The notes under the pieces: generated by a model
Told to the model about the DNA's origin: nothing
Database searches by the model: none
What the model saw: only the letters and a program-made list of their open reading frames with translations
Part shown: in pieces, positions 24,180-32,268 of the stretch
Numbering within the stretch: position 1 is the stretch's first letter
Layout: each line of letters begins with the position of its first letter
Source: Candidatus Rokuibacteriota bacterium
GTDB taxonomy: Bacteria > Methylomirabilota > Methylomirabilia > Rokubacteriales > CSP1-6
Direction: 5' to 3'
Length of the DNA: 64,000 nucleotides
NCBI GenBank assembly: GCA_005887895.1
Contig: VBPC01000173.1
Location: forward strand, 3,006-67,005
Made by a program: the position numbers and the translations under genes

Positions 24180-25094
24180 ATGGCCGACCTCAGCAACGAG
24201 TTCTCCTGGTCGCGCAGCCGTGACGCGACGTTTCAGGACTGCCGGCGCAAGTACTACCTGCACTACTACGGCGCCTGGGGCGGCTGGGCGGCCGACGCCG
24301 CCGCCGACGTCCGGCTCCTCTATATCCTCAAGCAGCTCGCCTCGCGCCAGATGTGGGCCGGCCGCGTGGTCCACGACGCGATCGAGATGGCCCTGCACGT
24401 CTACCAGCAGGGCCGCGACGTTCCCGTCGAGCCCTTCGTGGCCGACGTCATCGAACGCATGCGCGGGGAGTGGCGCAGCTCGCGGGCCGGCCGCTACCGC
24501 GACAGCCCCAAGACGCTGGCGCTCTTCGAGCACGAGTACGCGGTCGATCTGAAGCCCGAGGTCTGGCAGGCGCTCAGCCGCAACGTGAGCACGTGCCTGC
24601 GCAACTTCTTCCGCCTGCCGCTGCTGGCCGAGGTCCGCAAGACCGCGCCCGAGCACTGGTCGATCGAGCACTGGTCGAAGGTCTTCGACTTCGAGGGGAC
24701 GCCGGTGTGGAGCGCGCCGGACTTCGGCTTCTGGAACGACGCCGGCCGGCTCACGCTGGTGGACTGGAAGACCGGCGCCAGCGACGCCGACGCCACCGCG
24801 TTCCAGCTCGGCTGTTACGCGCTCTACGCGCGCGAGGTCCTCGGGGTGCCGGCCGCCCAGGTGGTGCTGCTGGAGGTCAACCTGCGCGAGCCGACCGTGA
24901 CGCCGCTGGCCTGGGACGACGCGCGGCTGGAGGCCATTCGCGAGCAGCTGCGCCTGTCCATCCGCTCGATGCGCGCCTACCTCGCCGAGCCCGCCGCGAA
25001 CGTCGCGCGCCGGGAGGACTTCGAGCGGACCGAAGAGCTGCGGATCTGCCGCTGGTGCAACTTCCGCCGCGTGTGCCGGCCGGAGCTGGTGTGA
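24180..25094 (+). CDS. PD-(D/E)xK nuclease with Cas4/AddB-type four-Cys cluster (stand-alone Cas4-like protein)
   Basis: The N-terminal Cys is in FQDCRRKYYLHYY. The nuclease core is LTLVDWKTG and VLLEVN. The C-terminal cysteines are CRWCNFRRVC. This N-Cys plus three-C-terminal-Cys spacing is typical of Cas4/RecB-family Fe-S nuclease domains. Confidence 0.6.
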   Translation: MADLSNEFSWSRSRDATFQDCRRKYYLHYYGAWGGWAADAAADVRLLYILKQLASRQMWAGRVVHDAIEMALHVYQQGRDVPVEPFVADVIERMRGEWRSSRAGRYRDSPKTLALFEHEYAVDLKPEVWQALSRNVSTCLRNFFRLPLLAEVRKTAPEHWSIEHWSKVFDFEGTPVWSAPDFGFWNDAGRLTLVDWKTGASDADATAFQLGCYALYAREVLGVPAAQVVLLEVNLREPTVTPLAWDDARLEAIREQLRLSIRSMRAYLAEPAANVARREDFERTEELRICRWCNFRRVCRPELV

Positions 25095-25116
25095 CGCGGG
25101 ACGGGCGGCTCCGGCG

Positions 25117-25416
25117 ATGAGCCTCGACTTTCTGGTGACGTCGCTGATCGTCTTCGGATCGCTCTTGCACACGAGCGCGTTCGCCTTCCTGCCCCAGTTC
25201 GTGAGCGCCGACGAGCCACATCCGCTGGCCCGCATGTTCGAGCTGAGCACCGTGTTCATGCTGCTGACGTTCGACGTCTTCGTCGGCTACTGGGCTCTTC
25301 GCCGCTCGATTCGCACGCGCGTGATCTCGCGTCCGCGGGTGTTGACGTGGATGCGCCGGGCGTTCGCCGGCGCGTTCGTCGCGCTCGGCGCCAGGCTCGC
25401 GCTCGCCGACCGCTGA
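25117..25416 (+). CDS. Small hypothetical membrane protein (2-3 TM helices)
   Basis: The sequence is hydrophobic throughout (MSLDFLVTSLIVFGSLLHTSAFAFLPQF...). Confidence 0.35.
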   Translation: MSLDFLVTSLIVFGSLLHTSAFAFLPQFVSADEPHPLARMFELSTVFMLLTFDVFVGYWALRRSIRTRVISRPRVLTWMRRAFAGAFVALGARLALADR

Positions 25417-25426
25417 CGATCCCCGC

Positions 25427-26683
25427 TCAGACCATCACGCCGACCGGCGGACCGCCCGGCGTCCAGCCGGGAAAGAGCGGCGCGGTCGCCGGCAGGCCGA
25501 GGTGTCGCGTCGTGACCTCGTGGAACAGCGCGCGAAAGTCGGTGGTGACCGCCAGGTCGCGGCCCTCGAAGCGCTGCTCGGGGGCGAGGCCGGGCCACCG
25601 CCCATGGACGCGGCCGCCGCGCACAGCCCCGCCGAGCACCAGCATCGCGGTCGCGTGACCGTGATCGGTTCCGCGGTTGCCGTTCTCGGCCACCGTCCGG
25701 CCGAACTCCGACATCGTGAGCACCACCACGTCGCTCAGTCGATCGCCCAGGTCGCGCGCGAAGGCGGCGAGGCCGCCGCCCAGCTCGCGCAGGCGATTGG
25801 CGAGCTGTCCCTGCTCGCCGCCCTGGCCGACGTGCGTGTCCCAGCCGTCGACGTCGACGAAGCCGATCCGAAGTCCGACGTCGGCGCGGATGAGCTGCGC
25901 CACCTGGCGCAGGGCCTCGCCGAAGCGGCCGCGCGGATAGTCGGCGCCGTTGGCTGGCGCCAGCTGCGCCGCGCCGGCGCTCTTCAGCAGCTTCACGGCC
26001 TCGAAGGTCGCGCGGCCGGCGCCGTGCAGCAGGTCGTGCACACCGTCGTCGTAGAGCGACTCGAAGCCCCGGCGCGCCCGCGAGGTCTCGGCGCCCGCCC
26101 GCACGTCGAAGCGCTCGAGCGAGCTCAGGGCGAGGGCGCCGGCGTCGCCGCGCAGGCTGCGCGGCAACCGCGGCCCCACCGCGACGGCCCGAAACGGCGT
26201 CGCCCGCTCGGTCGGGAGCGCGCCGGCAGCGCGGCCGAGCCAGCCGTCGGGGATGCTTTTCACGCCGGGCGTCCCGCTCTCCATGTAGTCCTGGGCGTCG
26301 AAGTGCGAGCGCGTCGTGCTGGGCGAGCCGCAGGCGTGCACGAGGGCCAGCGCCCGCGCCGTCCACAACGGCTCCAGCGCGGCCAGCGCCGGATGGAGCG
26401 CGAAGAAGCCGTCGAGATCGACGGCGCCGCGCGCCTCGCCCGCGCGCGGGCGGGCGATCGCGATGCTGGAGCGCGCGCCGTAGTATGCCGGGTCGCCGTG
26501 CGGCACCACCATGCTGAGCCCGTCGACGGCGCCGCGCTGGAAGATGGCCACCAGCACCTTGCCGCGCGCGTCGGCCGCGGCGGCGGCGCGGGCCAGGAAC
26601 CGTGGCGGGGCCGCCACGGCGGCCAGCGCGCAGGCGCCGCTCTTCAGGAGCGCGCGTCGGGTCAGCAGCGCGGTCGCTCGCAT
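25427..26683 (-). CDS. DUF1501-family protein (Tat-exported, sulfatase/alkaline-phosphatase-like fold)
   Basis: The N-terminus MRATALLTRRALLKSGACALAAV is a twin-arginine signal. The blocks VHACGSPSTTRSHFDAQDYME and GTDHGHATAMLVLGGAVRGG are DUF1501 hallmarks. Confidence 0.75.
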   Translation of the reverse strand: MRATALLTRRALLKSGACALAAVAAPPRFLARAAAAADARGKVLVAIFQRGAVDGLSMVVPHGDPAYYGARSSIAIARPRAGEARGAVDLDGFFALHPALAALEPLWTARALALVHACGSPSTTRSHFDAQDYMESGTPGVKSIPDGWLGRAAGALPTERATPFRAVAVGPRLPRSLRGDAGALALSSLERFDVRAGAETSRARRGFESLYDDGVHDLLHGAGRATFEAVKLLKSAGAAQLAPANGADYPRGRFGEALRQVAQLIRADVGLRIGFVDVDGWDTHVGQGGEQGQLANRLRELGGGLAAFARDLGDRLSDVVVLTMSEFGRTVAENGNRGTDHGHATAMLVLGGAVRGGRVHGRWPGLAPEQRFEGRDLAVTTDFRALFHEVTTRHLGLPATAPLFPGWTPGGPPVGVMV

Positions 26684-26694
26684 CGGCCGTCCTC

Positions 26695-28341
26695 CTAGCG
26701 TCGCTGGAATTCCGGGGAGCCGAGGACGAGCGCCGCCATTTTGGCGACGTCGGTGTCGGCGGGCCCGCGGTGGTCGGGTGCCAGGCGCGTGACCGGGGGC
26801 GCCGCGCGCTGCGCGCTCAACACGTCCCGCGTGGCGGAGGTGGCGCGCCCGTGGAGGAGCGAGGCCAGCAGCCGCTCGAGCGCGACGTCGGGCGACCGGC
26901 GATCGGCGTCGCTCACGAGGCCGGCCACGTCGACCCGCACGCCGGCCACCCGGCCTTCGGCGAGCGCGAGCGCGAAGTTCATCCGGGCCAGCAGCGCGCC
27001 GGGATTGACCCACGCCTCCGCGCGGTCTGGATGTCCGGTCGGCGGCTGCGCCTCGTAGAGCCCCTCGCCGATCTCCGCCGAGGCGCGCGCGAGGGCTGCC
27101 GCGCCTCGCGCGTCGAGGCTGGCGCCGAGCGCGCGGGCGGCGCTCGCCACGAACTCCGACGGCTTCTTGATCTTGGCGTCGGCGGTCGCGGGAGCGAGGA
27201 ACTCCGGGGCCGCGAAGACCACCCGCAGCATCGCCCGGATGTCGCCGCCGGAGGCGCGATAGGCCGCCGCCACGCGCTCGACGAGCGCCGGCGGGGGATC
27301 GTCGGCCACGAAGCGGCGCACCAGCTTGCCGGCCACGAAGCGGGCGGTCGCCGGGTGCCGGGCCAGCAGCTCGAGCACCTCGTCGCCGTCGCGCTGGCCG
27401 CCTGCGCGCACCGGCCGATCCAGCACGAGCTTGTCACCGCCGTCGTGCATCGCCGGGCGAAAGGCGAAGCGCGCCTCCTGACGCGGCCGGTCGATGGTCC
27501 ACCCGCTGAAGGCGCGCGCCACCTCGGTGACGTCGGCCTGCGTGTAGCCGCCGTCGACGCCCAGCGTGTGAAGCTCCATCAGCTCGCGGGCGTAGTTCTC
27601 GTTGAGCCCGGCCCGCCGACCGGCGTTGGGGCCGGCGCGCACGGTGAAGCCCGGACGCGTGCTCAGCCAGTTGTCGAGGTAGAAGAGCATGGCCGGGTGC
27701 TGGGCGGTCGCCCGTAGCAGGTCGGGGAAGCGGCCGAGCGCGTGGGGACGGATGACGTCGCGCTCGTAGGCCGTCAGATACCAGCGCAGCTCGCCCTTGC
27801 CCGCGAAGACGTTGAAGTGGTTGAACCAGAAGTCGACCATCACCTCCTGCAGCTGCCGCTCGCTCGTCACCGCCCGCAGCATCTTCGCGGCCTGCAGCTC
27901 GCCCACGATCCGGAACGGTCGCTTGTCCGTCCGGAGCTCGCGCATCTCGTTGCGGGTCATCTCGCCGCTGGCGAGCTTGCGCCGGGTTTCTGCGTCAGGG
28001 CGCGGGTACTCGCGCTGCAGGTCGCCGATCGACATCGTCAGCGTGGGGAGCGTGGCGAGGGCGCGCTCGGTCACCGCATCGTCGATTCGTTCGGGGTCCA
28101 GCTGACGCTCGAGCCAGGCGGCGAGGCCGATGGCCTTCACCTGCTCGACGTCGCCCGGCCGCGGCCCGTACGTCACCCGCTGCAGGACGTGCAGCACGCG
28201 TTCATCGATCGACGACGACGGCGTGGAGGCGGCCTGCACCGTTGCCACCCGGGTCGTGGCAACCGGCTCGTCTCGCAGTGCGCAGCTGCACGAGGCGACC
28301 GCGGCGAGCCCGACGACGACGGCCAGCCGGGCGCGCCTCAT
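26695..28341 (-). CDS. DUF1800-family protein (usual partner of DUF1501)
   Basis: The blocks VMVDFWFNHFNVF, MLFYLDNWLS and NENYARELMELHTLG match DUF1800. Confidence 0.75.
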   Translation of the reverse strand: MRRARLAVVVGLAAVASCSCALRDEPVATTRVATVQAASTPSSSIDERVLHVLQRVTYGPRPGDVEQVKAIGLAAWLERQLDPERIDDAVTERALATLPTLTMSIGDLQREYPRPDAETRRKLASGEMTRNEMRELRTDKRPFRIVGELQAAKMLRAVTSERQLQEVMVDFWFNHFNVFAGKGELRWYLTAYERDVIRPHALGRFPDLLRATAQHPAMLFYLDNWLSTRPGFTVRAGPNAGRRAGLNENYARELMELHTLGVDGGYTQADVTEVARAFSGWTIDRPRQEARFAFRPAMHDGGDKLVLDRPVRAGGQRDGDEVLELLARHPATARFVAGKLVRRFVADDPPPALVERVAAAYRASGGDIRAMLRVVFAAPEFLAPATADAKIKKPSEFVASAARALGASLDARGAAALARASAEIGEGLYEAQPPTGHPDRAEAWVNPGALLARMNFALALAEGRVAGVRVDVAGLVSDADRRSPDVALERLLASLLHGRATSATRDVLSAQRAAPPVTRLAPDHRGPADTDVAKMAALVLGSPEFQRR

Positions 28342-28997
28342 CGCGGCGCCTCCTCGCCGCGACGCTCGCGGCGCAGCTGCTGGCGCTGCTCGGGCGTCAG
28401 CTGGCGCGGGCGCTGGCGCTCCGCCGGCGTCATGTGCTGGCGGAACCGCTGGCGCTCCTCGGGGGTCATCTGCTGGCGCACCTGCTCACGGGCGTGTGCG
28501 CGCTCCTCCGGCGTCATGCGCTGCCAGCGCTGATAGTTCTCCATCACCCGCTGGCGCTCTTGCGGCGGGAGGCTCTGGAACTGGCGATAGCGCTCGAGGA
28601 TCCGCTCACGCCGCTCGGGCGGCAGCCGCTGGAAGCGGTCGTAGGCGCGCTGCAGCTCCTGGCGTCGGGCCTCCGGCAGCTCGTTCCAGCGCTGGAAGTC
28701 CTCGAGAATCCGCTGGCGCTCGGTCGGCGGCAGCCCGCGGAAGCGCTGGAAGTTGTGCCGCGCGGTCTGCCGCTCCTGCGGGGAGAGCGCGCGCCACTGG
28801 CGATAGTTCTCGAGGATGCGCTGGCGCTCCTCGGGCGGCAGCCGGCGCCAGCGCTCGAGATTGCGCTCGACGACGGCCCGCTCGTCGGGCGACAGGTTGT
28901 CGAGCCCCGGCGGCGTCTGGCCCCATGCCACCTCGAGGAGGCCGCCGGCCAGCAGCGCCGCCGCCGTGAGCGCGATGGGAAGCCAGCGGCGCATCAT
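28338..28997 (-). CDS. Secreted repeat protein of the DUF3106-like type (about 22-aa repeats with conserved W/R and the PP-ERQR core)
   Basis: After a signal peptide come more than seven repeats of LPPEERQRILENYRQWRALSPQERQ and related units such as RFRGLPPTERQRILEDFQRW. Confidence 0.55.
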   Translation of the reverse strand: MMRRWLPIALTAAALLAGGLLEVAWGQTPPGLDNLSPDERAVVERNLERWRRLPPEERQRILENYRQWRALSPQERQTARHNFQRFRGLPPTERQRILEDFQRWNELPEARRQELQRAYDRFQRLPPERRERILERYRQFQSLPPQERQRVMENYQRWQRMTPEERAHAREQVRQQMTPEERQRFRQHMTPAERQRPRQLTPEQRQQLRRERRGEEAPR

Positions 28998-29287
28998 CGC
29001 GCGGGCCCCTGGCCGGTGACTGCCGGTGCCGGCGGTGGTGGCGGTGGCGGCATCGACTCCGCCGCTGGTCGGGCTTCGAGCATTCGCATCATCTCGAGCA
29101 GTCGCCAGCGCTCGACGACGCTCATGCGTCGCATGAGATCGCGCTCCTGTGGCTTCGTCTCGGCCAGCAGATCGAGATCGAGCAGGAGCTGCGCGTCCGG
29201 CGGGGCCTCCGGCTCGGCCGCGGCGGCCGCGCGCGCTCCGGCGAGGGCGACGAGAACGACGGCTGCCAGCGCCAGGCCACGACGCAC
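28994..29287 (-). CDS. Small secreted Pro-rich protein
   Basis: A signal peptide (MRRGLALAAVVLVALAGARAAAA) is followed by ...RWRLLEMMRMLEARPAAESMPPPPPPPAP. Confidence 0.4.
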   Translation of the reverse strand: MRRGLALAAVVLVALAGARAAAAAEPEAPPDAQLLLDLDLLAETKPQERDLMRRMSVVERWRLLEMMRMLEARPAAESMPPPPPPPAPAVTGQGPAR

Positions 29288-29288
29288 G

Positions 29289-29747
29289 TCAGCGCGCTCC
29301 GCCGAGCCGATCGAGCTGGCGGATCGCGTCCAGGTCCTCGAGCATGTCGAGCCGCTCGACGATCTGATATTGCTGCAGCAGCGGCAGCCGAGCGCCGAGG
29401 ACCGTCTCCTCCATCGTCACGACGTCGCTGGGCGTCCGCGGCAAGCCGTGCACGGCGAACACGATCAGGGCCGTCGCGAAGCCCGCCGCCAGCACGGTCG
29501 GCACCGGCCGCCGCCACCACGCCCGGCGCGACGCGGCCACTCGCGCCCGCAGCTCGGCCTGGTAGCGCCCCCAGTCGAGCGGCGGCGGCGCGGGCGCGCC
29601 GGCCACCAGCGCCTCCAGCACGACGCGGCTCTCGTCGGCCGCGCGCCGGCACGCCGAACAGCCGTCGACATGGGCGGCCACCCGCGCGCGCTCGGCCGGC
29701 GGCAGGTCGCCGCGGACGAACGCGATCAGCTCGCTCTCAGGATGCAT
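29289..29747 (-). CDS. Zinc-dependent anti-sigma factor (ZAS-type)
   Basis: It carries the HxxxCxxC motif HVDGCSAC, a single TM helix (TVLAAGFATALIVFAV) and a periplasmic tail. It overlaps the upstream sigma-factor gene by 11 nt. Confidence 0.7.
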   Translation of the reverse strand: MHPESELIAFVRGDLPPAERARVAAHVDGCSACRRAADESRVVLEALVAGAPAPPPLDWGRYQAELRARVAASRRAWWRRPVPTVLAAGFATALIVFAVHGLPRTPSDVVTMEETVLGARLPLLQQYQIVERLDMLEDLDAIRQLDRLGGAR

Positions 29748-30378
29748 CGCTCTGGCCTCGCCCCATCGTCTTGCGCAGCGCGCTCACCGCGCGATGCAGG
29801 TGCACGCGCACCGTCGCCTCCGAGCATGCCAGCACCTGCGCGATCTCGCTCGTCGCCAGGTCTTCCTGCACGTGCAGCAGCAGCGCCGCCCGCTGCTGCG
29901 GCGAGAGCCGCTCCACCTCGCGCCAGACCTGCGCCATCAGCCGCTCACGCCCGAGCAGGTCGGCCGGATCGGCCGTGGCCCCTGGCTGCCGCTCGAGGAG
30001 GCCGCCGCGCTCGGGATCCTCGCCCTCGTCCCTGACCGTGAACCGCTGCCACCAGCGGCCGCGTCGCCGGTGATCCAGGCAGAGGTTGACCAGGATCCGA
30101 TAGAACCAGGTGGAGAACTTCGCCTCGCCGCGGAAGCTCGCGGCCGTCCGATACACGCGGAGAAACGCTTCCTGCGAGAGGTCGCGGGCGTCCTCGGCGT
30201 CGCGCAGCAGCGACCAGGCCAGCCGGTACGCGCGCCCCTGGTGCCGGGCGACCAGCACGTCGAAGGCCGCCTCGTCTCGGGCCGCGACCCGCGCCAGCAG
30301 CGTTTCATCCGATGTCTCCTGGGTCAACGCGACCTCTGTCGTCAACCATCCCATTCCTCGCTCGCCGGCAGCAAGCAT
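29737..30378 (-). CDS. ECF (sigma-70 family group 4) RNA polymerase sigma factor
   Basis: Region 2 is DLSQEAFLRVYRT...FSTWFYRILVNLCLDHRR. Region 4 is LSPQQRAALLLHVQEDLATSEIAQVLACSEATVRVHLHRA. Confidence 0.85.
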   Translation of the reverse strand: MLAAGERGMGWLTTEVALTQETSDETLLARVAARDEAAFDVLVARHQGRAYRLAWSLLRDAEDARDLSQEAFLRVYRTAASFRGEAKFSTWFYRILVNLCLDHRRRGRWWQRFTVRDEGEDPERGGLLERQPGATADPADLLGRERLMAQVWREVERLSPQQRAALLLHVQEDLATSEIAQVLACSEATVRVHLHRAVSALRKTMGRGQSDAS

Positions 30379-30425
30379 CCCGACCCAGGACCGGCCGGGC
30401 CGGCCTGGGTCGGGCGAGCTGCCGC

Positions 30426-30824
30426 TTACGAGCCGTCGCGCCGGTCCTCGCGCACGTCGCGCCGGTCGTGCCGGAGATCGCGCCGATCCTGGCGCACGTC
30501 GCGCACGTCACCGCGCCGGTCGGCGCGGTCCGCGCGGAGATCCTGGCGATCGCGGCGGATCTCCTGCCGCTCCGCCTGGGCGCCGGCGGTGTCGCCCTGG
30601 CGAACATCCCCCCGCAGCTCGCGGCGGTCCTGGCGCAGATCGCGCCGGTCCTGACGGATGTCACGCGTGTCCCGGCGGACGTCGCGCCGGTCCTGACGGA
30701 CGTCCCGCCGATCGTGGCGGATGTCCTGGCGGTCGCGGTGCACGTCCTCCGCGAGCGCCGGGGTCGCGGCCAGCGCCGCGAGCAGGCTCGTCGTGATCAC
30801 CATCCCTGTCAGCTTCATGTCCAT
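30426..30824 (-). CDS. Secreted highly charged heptad-repeat protein ((D/E)RRD(V/L/I)RQ repeats)
   Basis: A GAGGAG ribosome-binding site precedes the ATG. A signal peptide (MDMKLTGMVITTSLLAALAATPALA) is followed by more than 12 near-perfect 7-aa repeats, RQDRRDVRQDRRDVRRDTRDIRQDRRDLRQDRRELR.... The underlying DNA has 21-nt periodicity. Confidence 0.55.
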   Translation of the reverse strand: MDMKLTGMVITTSLLAALAATPALAEDVHRDRQDIRHDRRDVRQDRRDVRRDTRDIRQDRRDLRQDRRELRGDVRQGDTAGAQAERQEIRRDRQDLRADRADRRGDVRDVRQDRRDLRHDRRDVREDRRDGS

Positions 30825-30939
30825 TCTCCTCAACGAGAGCGATATGGACTGCTTGCTCGATAGGACGCGCGCCCCGACAGCCCCGTTTACCCCAAATGCC
30901 GCACCGCGCCGTGACACACACCGATACCGACATAGAGAC

Positions 30940-31092
30940 GCGCCACGGCTTCGCCGGGGGCGCGCCGAACGTGGGGGATTTGGGGGCCATGTCGGGGCCC
31001 CGCACGACGTCAACCATTCCAGAGAAGCGCCACGGCTCCGCCGGGGCGCTGCGAAGGTTTGGGGGCTTGGGGGCCATGTCGGGGCCCCCATC
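30940..31092. repeat. Two tandem REP-like direct repeats (about 68 nt, roughly 88% identical, 87-nt period) in the intergenic region
   Basis: Copy A is agacgcgccacggcttcgccgggggcgcgccgaacgtgggggatttgggggccatgtcggggcccc. Copy B is agaagcgccacggctccgccggggcgctgcgaaggtttgggggcttgggggccatgtcggggcccc. Each contains the hairpin ggggcc-atgtcg-ggcccc. Confidence 0.75.
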
Positions 31093-31095
31093 TAA

Positions 31096-32268
31096 TCAAT
31101 CGAGAACCACCAGCCCGCGATGCGAGCGATTGAGGCCGTGAGCGCCGGTGCGCGTGACGAGCACCGTATCCTTCACGTTGAGACCGACCTCGCCGGCCAC
31201 GTAGTATGGCGTCTCCACGCGCAGCACCATCCCCATCTCGAGCGCGCCGCCGTCGGGCGCCAGGCGCGGCGGCTCGGCGGGCTCGAGCCCGATGCCGTAG
31301 CCGACGTGGTGACGGGCGAAGCGGGGGAGCCCGGCCTTGCGGGTGGCCGTGATGGCGGCCTCGAACACGGCGGCGCCGGTGACGCCGGGTCGCACGGTGT
31401 CCAGCGCGGCCTCGAGCCCCGCGTGGATCGCGTCGAACGTCGCCTGCTGCGACGCGGACGGCTCGCCCATCACGGCCATGCGGGCCACGTCCGAGTGATA
31501 GCCCTTCACGACGCAGCCGAGGTCGAAGCGCACGAGCTCGCCGGCGCGCAGCGGGCGGTCGGTGGGCCACGGCGCCGGCACCGCCGAGCCGGCGCCGAAC
31601 GCGACGATCGTGCAGTACGGCGTCGCGCCCTGGGCGATGACCTCGCGCTCGAACGCCTCGGCGGCCTCGCGCTCGGTGACCCCCGGGCTCAGCAGCGCGA
31701 GCACCACGTTGATCGCCTCCTCGGCGACGTGGAGCGCGCGCTGCAGGCAGTCGATCTCGTACGGTCCCTTGACGAGCCGCGCCGCGGCCAGCGTCGCCGA
31801 CCCGGGCACGACGCTCACGCCTTTCAGTCGCTCGCGCACGGCCGCCGCCGTCGCGGCCGGCAGCCCGGCGTCGTCGAGACCGACACGGCCGCCGGCGACG
31901 CCCAGCAAGCCCAGGGCGGCGGCCAGCGCGTCGGCGCCGCTCGCAATCGGCTCGGCGACGAGCCGGCTCAGCCGCCGCGCCGCCTCGCTCCGCGCGCCGG
32001 CCGCGTCGAGATGGAATCGTCCGTGGCAGAGGACGTGGCCGACCTCGACGTTGCCCTCGACGACGGCGGCGGCGTCGAGCGTCGGCACGACCAGCGCGGT
32101 GCTGGCGCGGGTCACGACCGCGTAATACTCCTGCGCCGGATAGACGCTCCGCGCGAGGCTGCGAAAGCCGGTGAGGTAGGCGACGTTGGCCGGCGACGCC
32201 GCCACCAGCGCGTCGAGCCCCTCGCGCTCCAGGGCTTCGGCGAGCCGCTCGGCTTGGTGCGGGTACAT
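31096..32268 (-). CDS. M24-family metallopeptidase (Xaa-Pro aminopeptidase / creatinase-like)
   Basis: The N-terminal creatinase-like domain is followed by the pita-bread catalytic domain, with blocks VRFDLGCVVKGYHSDVARM and HHVGYGIGLEPAEPP. Its start overlaps the SDR stop (TGATG). Confidence 0.75.
   Translation of the reverse strand: MYPHQAERLAEALEREGLDALVAASPANVAYLTGFRSLARSVYPAQEYYAVVTRASTALVVPTLDAAAVVEGNVEVGHVLCHGRFHLDAAGARSEAARRLSRLVAEPIASGADALAAALGLLGVAGGRVGLDDAGLPAATAAAVRERLKGVSVVPGSATLAAARLVKGPYEIDCLQRALHVAEEAINVVLALLSPGVTEREAAEAFEREVIAQGATPYCTIVAFGAGSAVPAPWPTDRPLRAGELVRFDLGCVVKGYHSDVARMAVMGEPSASQQATFDAIHAGLEAALDTVRPGVTGAAVFEAAITATRKAGLPRFARHHVGYGIGLEPAEPPRLAPDGGALEMGMVLRVETPYYVAGEVGLNVKDTVLVTRTGAHGLNRSHRGLVVLD

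Noticed and set aside
30430-30740. 21-nt tandem periodicity that could be read as a CRISPR-like or minisatellite array
   Set aside because: The repeats are contiguous, with no spacers or unique interspersed units, and are in frame and translated into a regular DRRDVRQ heptad protein with a signal peptide and ribosome-binding site. No cas genes lie nearby.
30896-31141. An 81-aa plus-strand ORF over the REP-like repeats (MPHRAVTHTD...GAMSGP...GAMSGP)
   Set aside because: The apparent internal repeat in the peptide is just the translation of the two DNA direct repeats. There is no start context, and the region is better explained as non-coding repetitive extragenic palindromes.
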